Shown here: piece by piece, positions 7,270 to 14,594 of the stretch
How the letters are laid out: every line of letters begins with the position of its first letter
Numbering within the stretch: the stretch's first letter is position 1
Origin: Bacillota bacterium
GTDB taxonomy: Bacteria > Bacillota > Clostridia > Lutisporales > Lutisporaceae
Assembly (NCBI GenBank): GCA_023405875.1
Contig: JAEXXN010000336.1
Coordinates: forward strand, 1 to 27,022
Length of the DNA: 27,022 bases
Direction: 5' to 3'
The notes under the pieces: generated by a model
Told to the model about the DNA's origin: nothing
Database searches by the model: none
Seen by the model: only the letters and a program-made list of their open reading frames with translations
Made by a program: the position numbers and the translations under genes

Positions 7270-9654
7270 ATGTATTTATCAGTTAATAATTGCTTTGTTC
7301 TTGATAGGATAGTGAAGGGTTTTGAGGTTGCATACAGGTCTATTGTATGTGAGGTTATAATTAATAGGTGTCCGAATGAGAGCACTTTTCTAAAAGAACT
7401 AACTGAATTAAAAATAGTTACAAATAAAAATTCAATTGCAAGTAGTGAGAAATATTTGGCTAAGCTTCAAAGCCTTATAAATAACTATAAAGATGTTTAT
7501 AAGGCTATTCAAGAGTGTAATAAGTGTGAAATTCAAAGGGATTATAGTCAGAATGAGGTACTTTATGTTAGTCAGATAATTGATTTAGTTGTATTGCTGT
7601 TTAACCCAAGTTTTAAACAATTATCATCAAATTTCAATACAGTTGAACAATTCATATATTATTCTGTTAATTATCAAAGAACGAGAAACAGTTTATCACA
7701 TCCTGCTTCAAGTAAAATTCTGATTGATGAATCAAAAGAGGTAGTCACATATGTCAAAAAAATAATGGATGTTATAGATGACCATTACTTTTGGTATGTT
7801 AGCAAAGTAAATATTTATAAAGATATAGAAGAGTTTGTTAGGAATCTTAATAATAACCCGATATCTAAACATAATTTAAATGAAATAAGTTTCCAGCACA
7901 AAAAACTAATATATAGAGAAAAAGAATTAGAGTCTATGAAAGAACTAATAATTGGTAAAGGTGATTATTATAGAAAATCTGGTTCTTTGGTTGTTTATGG
8001 TTATGGTGGTGTTGGAAAGACTGCCTTAGTACTTGAGTTTATATATGAGTTTATTAAAGATATTATTGATAATAAGGTTAAAGACAAAATAGATTTTATA
8101 CTGTTTTTTACAAGTAAAGAGGAGGTTTTGAATTACTCACAAACAACAGGTGACTTATATATCGATAAAATTCGTAAACAAATAAAGACATTTAACGATT
8201 ACAAAGAAAATTTATTTTATTATTTAAATGTTAATTATATAAAGCAGTTAAATAACAAAAGAGGCATAGTGATAATAGATAATATAGAAACTTTAAAGGA
8301 TGAAGACAAAAACGAAGTCATTGATTTTATAAAAGCAAGTCCAAGAACAATACAGTATATTATAACTTCAAGAAATGAAGAGAGGTGTGAAGACAAGCTT
8401 TATGTACATGAGTTTAATGAGAATAACAATGGGGAGCAATTTGTTGAAAAATACATTACTGAGAACAATTTAAATATAAATCTTACTAGGGAACAAAGAA
8501 AGGAGTTAGTTGCTTCTTCTAAAGGTAATACATTGATACTTGTGCTCGCTTTAGAAAGGATTAATGATGGGAAAACAAGTATAAATGCGATTATCTCTGA
8601 ATTAAACAATGTTGCTTCTAAGAATGCGGAGATGATTGCAAACTTTATGTATAAAAACACTTTTGACATACTAATTAGAGAGTTGGTAGAGAAGGGATAC
8701 TCGGTTATAGAATTATTAAGGGTTATATCACTATATGATGAACCAGTTGACATATATTCAATAAGCGTTTTATCTGATATATCTATAAAAAGTGTTGAAT
8801 TTATGTGTGGTCTTCTATCAACAAAATTAGTACTTACTAAAGTTGAGGAATTATATACACTAAATGAATTTGCAAATAAGTTTATTTTTTCGAAATTAAT
8901 GCCAGATATGATAGAGTATAATAAAATACGAAAGAAGATTGATGCATACAAGGCGAACCTAAAAGTAAAATTAGACAGGTTAGAGAACAAAAAAAAGGAA
9001 TCTAAATTACTAATCGACATTCTAGAAGATTGGAAGCCCAGAAACTATATTGATAAGATTGCAATTGCAGAAGCCTTTAATTTATATTCTGACGCATTAG
9101 CTATTAAACGGTTGAAGGATATTAATGAAGTAAATGAAGGAATTAACAAAATAGAACGGCAGTTTAAAACACATGAGGTTAGAACATCACACCCGTATGT
9201 AAGGTATCAAAAGGCAAGAATATATCAATTATTCTTACCTAAAGCCAGGAATAAAGAGGAAATTAAGAACACTATAATTAGTTGCTATGAAGAAACTATA
9301 TTGTCAGTACAGTTTGATTACAAGTATATTAGGAATACCAAATCATTTGCCTCAGTTTTATGGATATACGGAATATTTCTGAATGGTAAAGTTAATGATA
9401 TCCCCAATGCTATAAAATATCTAGAAGAATCGAAAGAAATTTTTGAGAGCATAAAAATTCAAGACCCGAGTTATATAAAAATGCTGAGTGAATTATGTAA
9501 CTGTTACACTAAAATTTATAACCAGAGTAAGAATATTGAATATTATAATTTAGCGGTAAAAATGCTCAGCATAATAAAGTCAAAAAGAAATTTGAATATT
9601 GACTTTGATTTTAGTACTTGTATTAAAATACATGAGAGATTATTGGGGAGTTAA
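7270..9654 (+). CDS. NLR-like STAND (NB-ARC-like) NTPase with N-terminal HEPN-like domain and C-terminal helical/TPR-like region
   Basis: RNSLSH (RxxxxH) at 7684-7701; Walker A GYGGVGKT at 7999-8022; Walker B IVIIDNIE; IITSR sensor; KGNTLIL (GxP-like); helical C-terminus; AT-rich; start ATG 7270. Confidence 0.75.
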   Translation: MYLSVNNCFVLDRIVKGFEVAYRSIVCEVIINRCPNESTFLKELTELKIVTNKNSIASSEKYLAKLQSLINNYKDVYKAIQECNKCEIQRDYSQNEVLYVSQIIDLVVLLFNPSFKQLSSNFNTVEQFIYYSVNYQRTRNSLSHPASSKILIDESKEVVTYVKKIMDVIDDHYFWYVSKVNIYKDIEEFVRNLNNNPISKHNLNEISFQHKKLIYREKELESMKELIIGKGDYYRKSGSLVVYGYGGVGKTALVLEFIYEFIKDIIDNKVKDKIDFILFFTSKEEVLNYSQTTGDLYIDKIRKQIKTFNDYKENLFYYLNVNYIKQLNNKRGIVIIDNIETLKDEDKNEVIDFIKASPRTIQYIITSRNEERCEDKLYVHEFNENNNGEQFVEKYITENNLNINLTREQRKELVASSKGNTLILVLALERINDGKTSINAIISELNNVASKNAEMIANFMYKNTFDILIRELVEKGYSVIELLRVISLYDEPVDIYSISVLSDISIKSVEFMCGLLSTKLVLTKVEELYTLNEFANKFIFSKLMPDMIEYNKIRKKIDAYKANLKVKLDRLENKKKESKLLIDILEDWKPRNYIDKIAIAEAFNLYSDALAIKRLKDINEVNEGINKIERQFKTHEVRTSHPYVRYQKARIYQLFLPKARNKEEIKNTIISCYEETILSVQFDYKYIRNTKSFASVLWIYGIFLNGKVNDIPNAIKYLEESKEIFESIKIQDPSYIKMLSELCNCYTKIYNQSKNIEYYNLAVKMLSIIKSKRNLNIDFDFSTCIKIHERLLGS

Positions 9655-9768
9655 CACTAGTTGTAAACTCCATTAGTTTAATAAGGTACTAAGATTTATA
9701 ATTTGCTCATATTCTGATTAGTAATATGATATGTATTGTGGGAAGCAATTGAAAAAAGACATAGCAAC

Positions 9769-9797
9769 TTGACAGCAAATTAGAAGCAAAGTATAAT
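9769..9797 (+). promoter_or_regulatory. consensus sigma-A promoter with no adjacent ORF
   Basis: TTGACA-N17-TATAAT. Confidence 0.75.
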
Positions 9798-9823
9798 GAG
9801 ATAAAACTAAAGAATCAGTATTC

Positions 9824-9888
9824 TAAGCAGAAGGGACGGTTCTTTTTGCTTACGATACTGAAAGCAGAAAGAAACGTCCCCTTGCTTA
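9824..9888. repeat. inverted doublet of the AAGCA..GGGACGGTTC..TGCTT palindromic repeat
   Basis: TAAGCAGAAGGGACGGTTCTTTTTGCTTA (9824-9852) and inverted AAGCAGAAAGAAACGTCCCCTTGCTTA (9862-9888). Confidence 0.8.
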
Positions 9889-9932
9889 TTGTTTATATTC
9901 AGAAAGAAGACTTGTATGACCAATAAAGTAAA

Positions 9933-9974
9933 CCCCATCGGTAGTTATAAGTGTACCGATGGGGCTTTGTTTTT
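9933..9974 (+). terminator. Rho-independent terminator
   Basis: 11-bp perfect stem CCCCATCGGTA/TACCGATGGGG plus CTTTGTTTTT. Confidence 0.75.
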
Positions 9975-10053
9975 AGGAGCAGCCAGCTTTCGCGCACCCT
10001 TACTTTTTTATACTGAATAGGAAAGTAAATTATATCATATAATGTTCCTTTTA

Positions 10054-10082
10054 GGAGGAATTACAAATATTTTGAAGAATAA
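10054..10082 (+). promoter_or_regulatory. sigma-H-type promoter upstream of the NTase-DUF262 pair
   Basis: GGAGGAATT-N11-GAAGAATAA matches RNAGGAWWW-N11/12-RNNGAATWW. Confidence 0.55.
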
Positions 10083-10135
10083 TAGTTACATTAATATTTA
10101 TCTTTATATCATATTAGTTATTGGGAGGATATTTC

Positions 10136-10783
10136 ATGGCTAGTGATATTGATGTTAATATTCTAAGAAAATTGTTTCTGGAAGAACTTGAAACAAAGCC
10201 TGTTTCCTATATAATTTCTAAATGGATGTTTGAATGTACTCCTTTTGTATTTAATACTATCGAGGATTGGCTATTATGGAAGGAGAAGTTATCAACTCTG
10301 CTTAAGGTTGATAGTAGGGCTATTACAATTACTGGCAGTGCATGTGTTGGATTTAGCTTAAACCCAGAAAAAAATTTTAGAGATTTTACTGATCAGTCTG
10401 ATATTGACGTAGCAATAATATCATCTCACTACTTTGATATATCTTGGCATTATTTAAGAAATATTGGCCCTGAAAGGTTCAAACTTAATCAAATTCAGAA
10501 AAACTCGTTACATGATCATGTAAATAGGCTTATTTATTGGGGTACTATTGCTACCGATAAAATACTGGAAATCCTTCCTTTTGGAAAGCCGTGGATTGAA
10601 TCTTTGGCTGAAATGGCTGATGTTGAACCCACTGTTGGCAGAGATATTAACTTAAGGATTTATAAAGATTTTGACTCGTTAAGAGCTTATCACAGTAACA
10701 ACCTAAATAATATCAAAAACAATGTTTTGCTGAGAAAAATTGGAGGGGTATCGGATGAAATCATTCTTAAACACGACGCTTAG
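10136..10783 (+). CDS. pol-beta-superfamily nucleotidyltransferase-like protein
   Basis: ITITGSACVGFSLNPEK...SDIDVAIIS = hG[S]...DxD catalytic signature; SD GGGAGG before ATG 10136. Confidence 0.7.
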   Translation: MASDIDVNILRKLFLEELETKPVSYIISKWMFECTPFVFNTIEDWLLWKEKLSTLLKVDSRAITITGSACVGFSLNPEKNFRDFTDQSDIDVAIISSHYFDISWHYLRNIGPERFKLNQIQKNSLHDHVNRLIYWGTIATDKILEILPFGKPWIESLAEMADVEPTVGRDINLRIYKDFDSLRAYHSNNLNNIKNNVLLRKIGGVSDEIILKHDA

Positions 10784-11795
10784 AAATGTTTTATGGTTTA
10801 AGCAAGCTTATGATAAACAAGAACTTGAAATGAAACCGCCTTTTCAAAGAAATCCTGTTTGGGTTACCAGGCAGAAAAGTTTCTTAATAGATAGTATATT
10901 AAACGGTTTTCCTATTCCTGAAATCTATATGCAGGAAGTAATCGAAGATTCGGGTAAAGCAAAATATATAATTGTTGATGGTCAACAGAGAATTCGTGCC
11001 GTTCTGGAATATTTAGAAGCGTTGTTTTCAATGGATGAAAAAGATAGTCCTAATTGGGCTAATATGTATTTTGACGAATTAACCGGAGCAGAAAAGAAAG
11101 CTATATATGAATATAATTTTGTTGTAAGAATTTTACCTGACATGGAGGAATCACAAACAAGAGAGATATTCCAACGTTTGAATAAAAACGTTGTGGCCCT
11201 AAACAAACAGGAATTAAGGCAAGCTACATACTGGGGTGAATTTATATCATTAATGAATTTGTTATCTGATAAAGAAATTTGGACAAAAATTGATTTGTTT
11301 ACTCCGAATGATATCAGAAGAATGCTTGATGTTGAATATATTAGTGAACTTACAATAGCTATGCTTCATGGACTTCAGAATAAAAAGCAGCATCTGGACC
11401 GATATTATGAAATTTATGAAGAAAATTTTGAGCAAAAAGCATATGTATTTGATACTTTTAATTCTGTTCTGAGTGAAATTACAAAAATATTACCAGATAT
11501 AAGTACAACCAGATGGAGTAAAAAGACAGATTTTTATTCACTTTTTTTATTGTTAGCAAAATACTCTGGTAAACTGCCTTTTTCAAAGGATGAACGGGTT
11601 ACAGTCCGCAATAAATTGGTTGAATTTGGTGAAGAAATTGATAATTACTTAAAAACAGAGACTGTGAAAAACGGTAAATTTTCTAAATTGGCAGTAAATT
11701 ATTCTTCAGGTATGAGAGCAACAACAGACCTTGGAAGCCGTAAACGTAGGGAAGAAGCTTTATTTTCGTTATTGGCTGATATACTTAATGGCTAA
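10755..11795 (+). CDS. DUF262 (ParB/Srx-like, GmrS-type) domain protein without a recognisable C-terminal HNH
   Basis: PPFQRNPVW, FLIDSILNGFPIPEIY, IVDGQQR, EIFQRLN motifs; 29-nt overlap with the upstream gene; SD GGAGGGG. Confidence 0.85.
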   Translation: MKSFLNTTLRNVLWFKQAYDKQELEMKPPFQRNPVWVTRQKSFLIDSILNGFPIPEIYMQEVIEDSGKAKYIIVDGQQRIRAVLEYLEALFSMDEKDSPNWANMYFDELTGAEKKAIYEYNFVVRILPDMEESQTREIFQRLNKNVVALNKQELRQATYWGEFISLMNLLSDKEIWTKIDLFTPNDIRRMLDVEYISELTIAMLHGLQNKKQHLDRYYEIYEENFEQKAYVFDTFNSVLSEITKILPDISTTRWSKKTDFYSLFLLLAKYSGKLPFSKDERVTVRNKLVEFGEEIDNYLKTETVKNGKFSKLAVNYSSGMRATTDLGSRKRREEALFSLLADILNG

Positions 11796-11808
11796 TTTTT
11801 CATCACAA

Positions 11809-11869
11809 TAAGCAGAAGGGACGGTTCTTTTTGCATCAGCTTATATGTTCAGCATATAAGCTGATGCAA
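11809..11869. repeat. second copy of the 26-bp repeat, fused to a 17-bp perfect inverted repeat
   Basis: 11809-11834 identical to 9824-9849; TTGCATCAGCTTATATG-TTCAG-CATATAAGCTGATGCAA (11831-11869). Confidence 0.8.
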
Positions 11870-11921
11870 GGTGCGAATACTTGCGAACCATATCAAGGGA
11901 GGTATGCCTCAGTATTTGCCG

Positions 11922-11954
11922 AAAGAAGTCGATTGTGAAAGATCGACTTCTTTT
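11922..11954 (+). terminator. terminator hairpin
   Basis: AAAGAAGTCGAT-loop-ATCGACTTCTTTT. Confidence 0.65.
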
Positions 11955-12010
11955 ATTCTGAATGATACAATTACAATTGAAATTCAGCAACAAGAAGTGT
12001 GAGGTTTTAT

Positions 12011-12445
12011 ATGGGCAAAATAATAGATATAAGAGATAAATTAGTTTCCCGTGAAGTATTTGACGTCTATTCTGCCTGTATGTATATGCCAACATGGGAA
12101 AAATATTGTGAACTAGCCAACGAGTTTATTAGTGATAGTTTGGTTAGTATTTGGGGGTTTTCTCATGAAAACAATATAATTGGTGTAATAGTTATTAAGC
12201 AAGAAGAAACTCTAAAAGCTGAAATAAAAGGAATTGCAGTTAATCCCTTATATCGCAAACAAGGTATTGCAAAACAGCTTGTATGGCATGTCTTTGAAAA
12301 TCTCCAGCTCTCTGCTTTGTTTGCAGAAACAGATAATGATGCTATTGGATTTTATAGAAATTGTGGTTTTCAAATAGACTCTTTTGTAAAACAATTTGAT
12401 GAGGGAGATTTTCAGAGATATAAATGTGTTTTGCAGAAATTATGA
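12011..12445 (+). CDS. GNAT N-acetyltransferase
   Basis: IAVNPLYRKQGIAKQL acetyl-CoA motif A; AIGFYRNCGF. Confidence 0.85.
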   Translation: MGKIIDIRDKLVSREVFDVYSACMYMPTWEKYCELANEFISDSLVSIWGFSHENNIIGVIVIKQEETLKAEIKGIAVNPLYRKQGIAKQLVWHVFENLQLSALFAETDNDAIGFYRNCGFQIDSFVKQFDEGDFQRYKCVLQKL

Positions 12446-12584
12446 GCATAATGGGAATCAAGGGGTGATATCTATATTCACCTGACCTGTCATAAGTATT
12501 TTATTTAAAGAAGTTGATTGTTATTTGTATGTGCAGTTGGCTTCTTTGTTTTTATGTGGTAAAATGAAAATCTTCATCATCATG

Positions 12585-13295
12585 CTACAAAGTGAAGTTA
12601 TCGTTAAGGTTTTGTGCTTGAAATATTTTTGATACATACAATTTGCCGTCAGAGTTTATATCGGCGTAAAATACTTCGCTGAAATCATGAATACCGATCT
12701 GTTCAAGCTGTAAAGCAAGCCAAGGTCTGTCCAGCTTGAGCTGTTCCAAATTGCTGTCATAGACCTTTCCATCCGTAATGAGAGGGATAGACAGACCTTT
12801 CATGGAAGTCCTGATGTTCATGTCTGATGGAGTCAGTGGAAGAAACTGCGATTTTTTAAGAACACTGATACTTCCGCTGCCTTCTACAATAGCGAATTCA
12901 ACCTCATTTAAGTCGAATACATCCTTTTCTCTTAACGCCATCAGCACATTTTCTACAGAGTATTTCAGTCTTTCCATGTTGGACTTAATAAATTGACCGT
13001 TCTGAATAATTACCGTTGGGCCAAAAGTGATTTTGCGTGCAAATTTTTTGTGGTTTATCAATAGATAGCTTACGAAATATTGAAGAGCAACGATGAGAAA
13101 AACTGAAAACAATGTGGGAAGGTGGGGGATATCCGGCTCCGAAATGTCAGCGCCAATGACACTTCCAATGACGATGATTGACAAAAAGTCATAGACAGGC
13201 AGTTCACCAATTTTGCGTCTGCCGGTTTTTAAAATCAAAAACAGGATCAGCGCCATCACCGAAACAATTCGAAAAGCAATTATTAAGTATACCAT
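12585..13295 (-). CDS. DUF421 (YetF-like) membrane protein
   Basis: GRRKIGELPVYDF, PTVIIQNGQ, LREKDVFDLNEVEFAIVEGSGSISV, LITDGKV; SD AGAGGTG. Confidence 0.85.
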   Translation of the reverse strand: MVYLIIAFRIVSVMALILFLILKTGRRKIGELPVYDFLSIIVIGSVIGADISEPDIPHLPTLFSVFLIVALQYFVSYLLINHKKFARKITFGPTVIIQNGQFIKSNMERLKYSVENVLMALREKDVFDLNEVEFAIVEGSGSISVLKKSQFLPLTPSDMNIRTSMKGLSIPLITDGKVYDSNLEQLKLDRPWLALQLEQIGIHDFSEVFYADINSDGKLYVSKIFQAQNLNDNFTL

Positions 13296-13342
13296 TTCTT
13301 TTCACCTCTGTATTTATTATTATGGACAATCTCAGGCTCATT

Positions 13343-13447
13343 TATAACGAGGCAAAAGATGTCCCTCACCTCTATAGGTGGTGGGTGCCGCTTTTGTTGT
13401 CCAACAGGCGGTGAGCATGTCTCCCGCCTCATTGAAATTTTGTTATA
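13343..13447. mobile_element. MITE-like element, copy 1 (internally shorter)
   Basis: TATAACGAGGCAAAAGATGTCCC...CTATAGGTGG...CAGGCGGTGAG...CCTCATTGAAATTTTGTTATA; inverted homologue at 17922-18070; TATAAC termini. Confidence 0.7.
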
Positions 13448-13600
13448 AGACTTTCCGGTTTTCTAAAAAACAGAGGATATACAACAAATATTATGGGGAG
13501 CCGATTTACATTTTGTGCAAGTCGACTTTTTTTATTTTTTGTTATACAATGACAATTGGAATACCAATTATGTATAATATGCGAAGGATTATTAGTGTAC

Positions 13601-14218
13601 ATGAATGAAAGAATTAAAAAAACCATTTTAAATTTACAAAGAAACAATATGCAGGGTTACTTTGTTGAAGATTCCAAAGACTTGCTCTCGCAGCTTTCCA
13701 CACTACTGGTAAAAGGAGAACGAATTGGTTGCGGAGATTCTGTCACATTAGAGCAAACCGGAGTTTTTGAATATCTTAGAAGCGGAGCTTATACTTTTTA
13801 TGATAAACATCAGCCTGGATTAACATCTGAGCAAAAACGGGAGATTTACTTAAAGAATTTTTATTCCGATACCTTTATAACGGGCACGAATGCCGTTATT
13901 GTGAATGGACAATTGTTTAACATCGATGGAAATGGAAGTCGGGTTGCCCCTATGCTTTATGGACCCAAACAAGTGATCGTTGTTGCCGGTATCAATAAAA
14001 TAGTAGATACTGTGGATGATGCAGTATACCGCGCAAGACAGGTCGCGGCGCCACTGGATGCAAAGAGACTGAACAAGGATACCCCATGCGTAAAGCTCGG
14101 CAAATGTATTGATTGCAAACACAAACAACGAATTTGCAATGACTTCGTCTTGATTTCCAGACAGTTTATCAAGAACAGGATTAAGGTGTTTCTTTTAAAC
14201 GGGGTGTACGGCTACTAA
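13601..14218 (+). CDS. LUD-domain (lactate utilization protein-like) protein
   Basis: GDSVTL, FITGTNA, NIDGNGSRVA, GPKQVIVVAGINKIV, C-terminal PCVKLGKCIDC...RICN. Confidence 0.85.
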   Translation: MNERIKKTILNLQRNNMQGYFVEDSKDLLSQLSTLLVKGERIGCGDSVTLEQTGVFEYLRSGAYTFYDKHQPGLTSEQKREIYLKNFYSDTFITGTNAVIVNGQLFNIDGNGSRVAPMLYGPKQVIVVAGINKIVDTVDDAVYRARQVAAPLDAKRLNKDTPCVKLGKCIDCKHKQRICNDFVLISRQFIKNRIKVFLLNGVYGY

Positions 14219-14298
14219 CTTTAACAAGGATAAGAGGCTTGTTGCAGGTATAACGAGAAATGAAGCCTTCGTGCAACTATAGTAAGAGGTGACGACAT

Positions 14299-14538
14299 TT
14301 GAAAAGCATTTTTAAGAAATATATTGATGAATGGGACCCAATGGGTTTATTTCCTTGCGCCCCGGATGATGAGTATGAACATGAAATTATAGAAGTTTGC
14401 AGCTCTTATAGACCCGGCATGACTGCTCCGGAGCTGGCAACGATAATAAAGAACGTTATAAATAGATGTTTTGCGGAAAATCTTGAAGATGAACATTGCC
14501 TGCCAACTGCAGAAAAAATAATTAATGATGTTAAATAA
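14299..14538 (+). CDS. DUF1871 (YugE-like) small protein
   Basis: EWDPMGL..APDDEYEHEI motif; SD AGAGGTG before TTG. Confidence 0.7.
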   Translation: MKSIFKKYIDEWDPMGLFPCAPDDEYEHEIIEVCSSYRPGMTAPELATIIKNVINRCFAENLEDEHCLPTAEKIINDVK

Positions 14539-14554
14539 TCAAACCTGTAAACAT

Positions 14555-14582
14555 AAAGGCACTCTTCCTCGGGAGTGCCTTT
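14555..14582. terminator. bidirectional terminator between convergent genes
   Basis: AAAGGCACTC-loop-GAGTGCCTTT. Confidence 0.7.
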
Positions 14583-14594
14583 ATAACGTTCCTT

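Noticed and set aside
8400..9020. 206-aa minus-strand ORF
   Set aside because: Antisense shadow of the AT-rich STAND gene
10136..10783. CBASS CD-NTase interpretation
   Set aside because: Only 215 aa, and no recognisable Cap effector (SAVED, patatin, TIR, TM) or Cap2/3 gene nearby
10755..11795. Complete GmrSD/SspE restriction enzyme
   Set aside because: No DUF1524/HNH motif seen and no ssp/dnd genes in the window
9824..11869. CRISPR array or retron
   Set aside because: Repeats are not regularly spaced; no cas or reverse transcriptase gene
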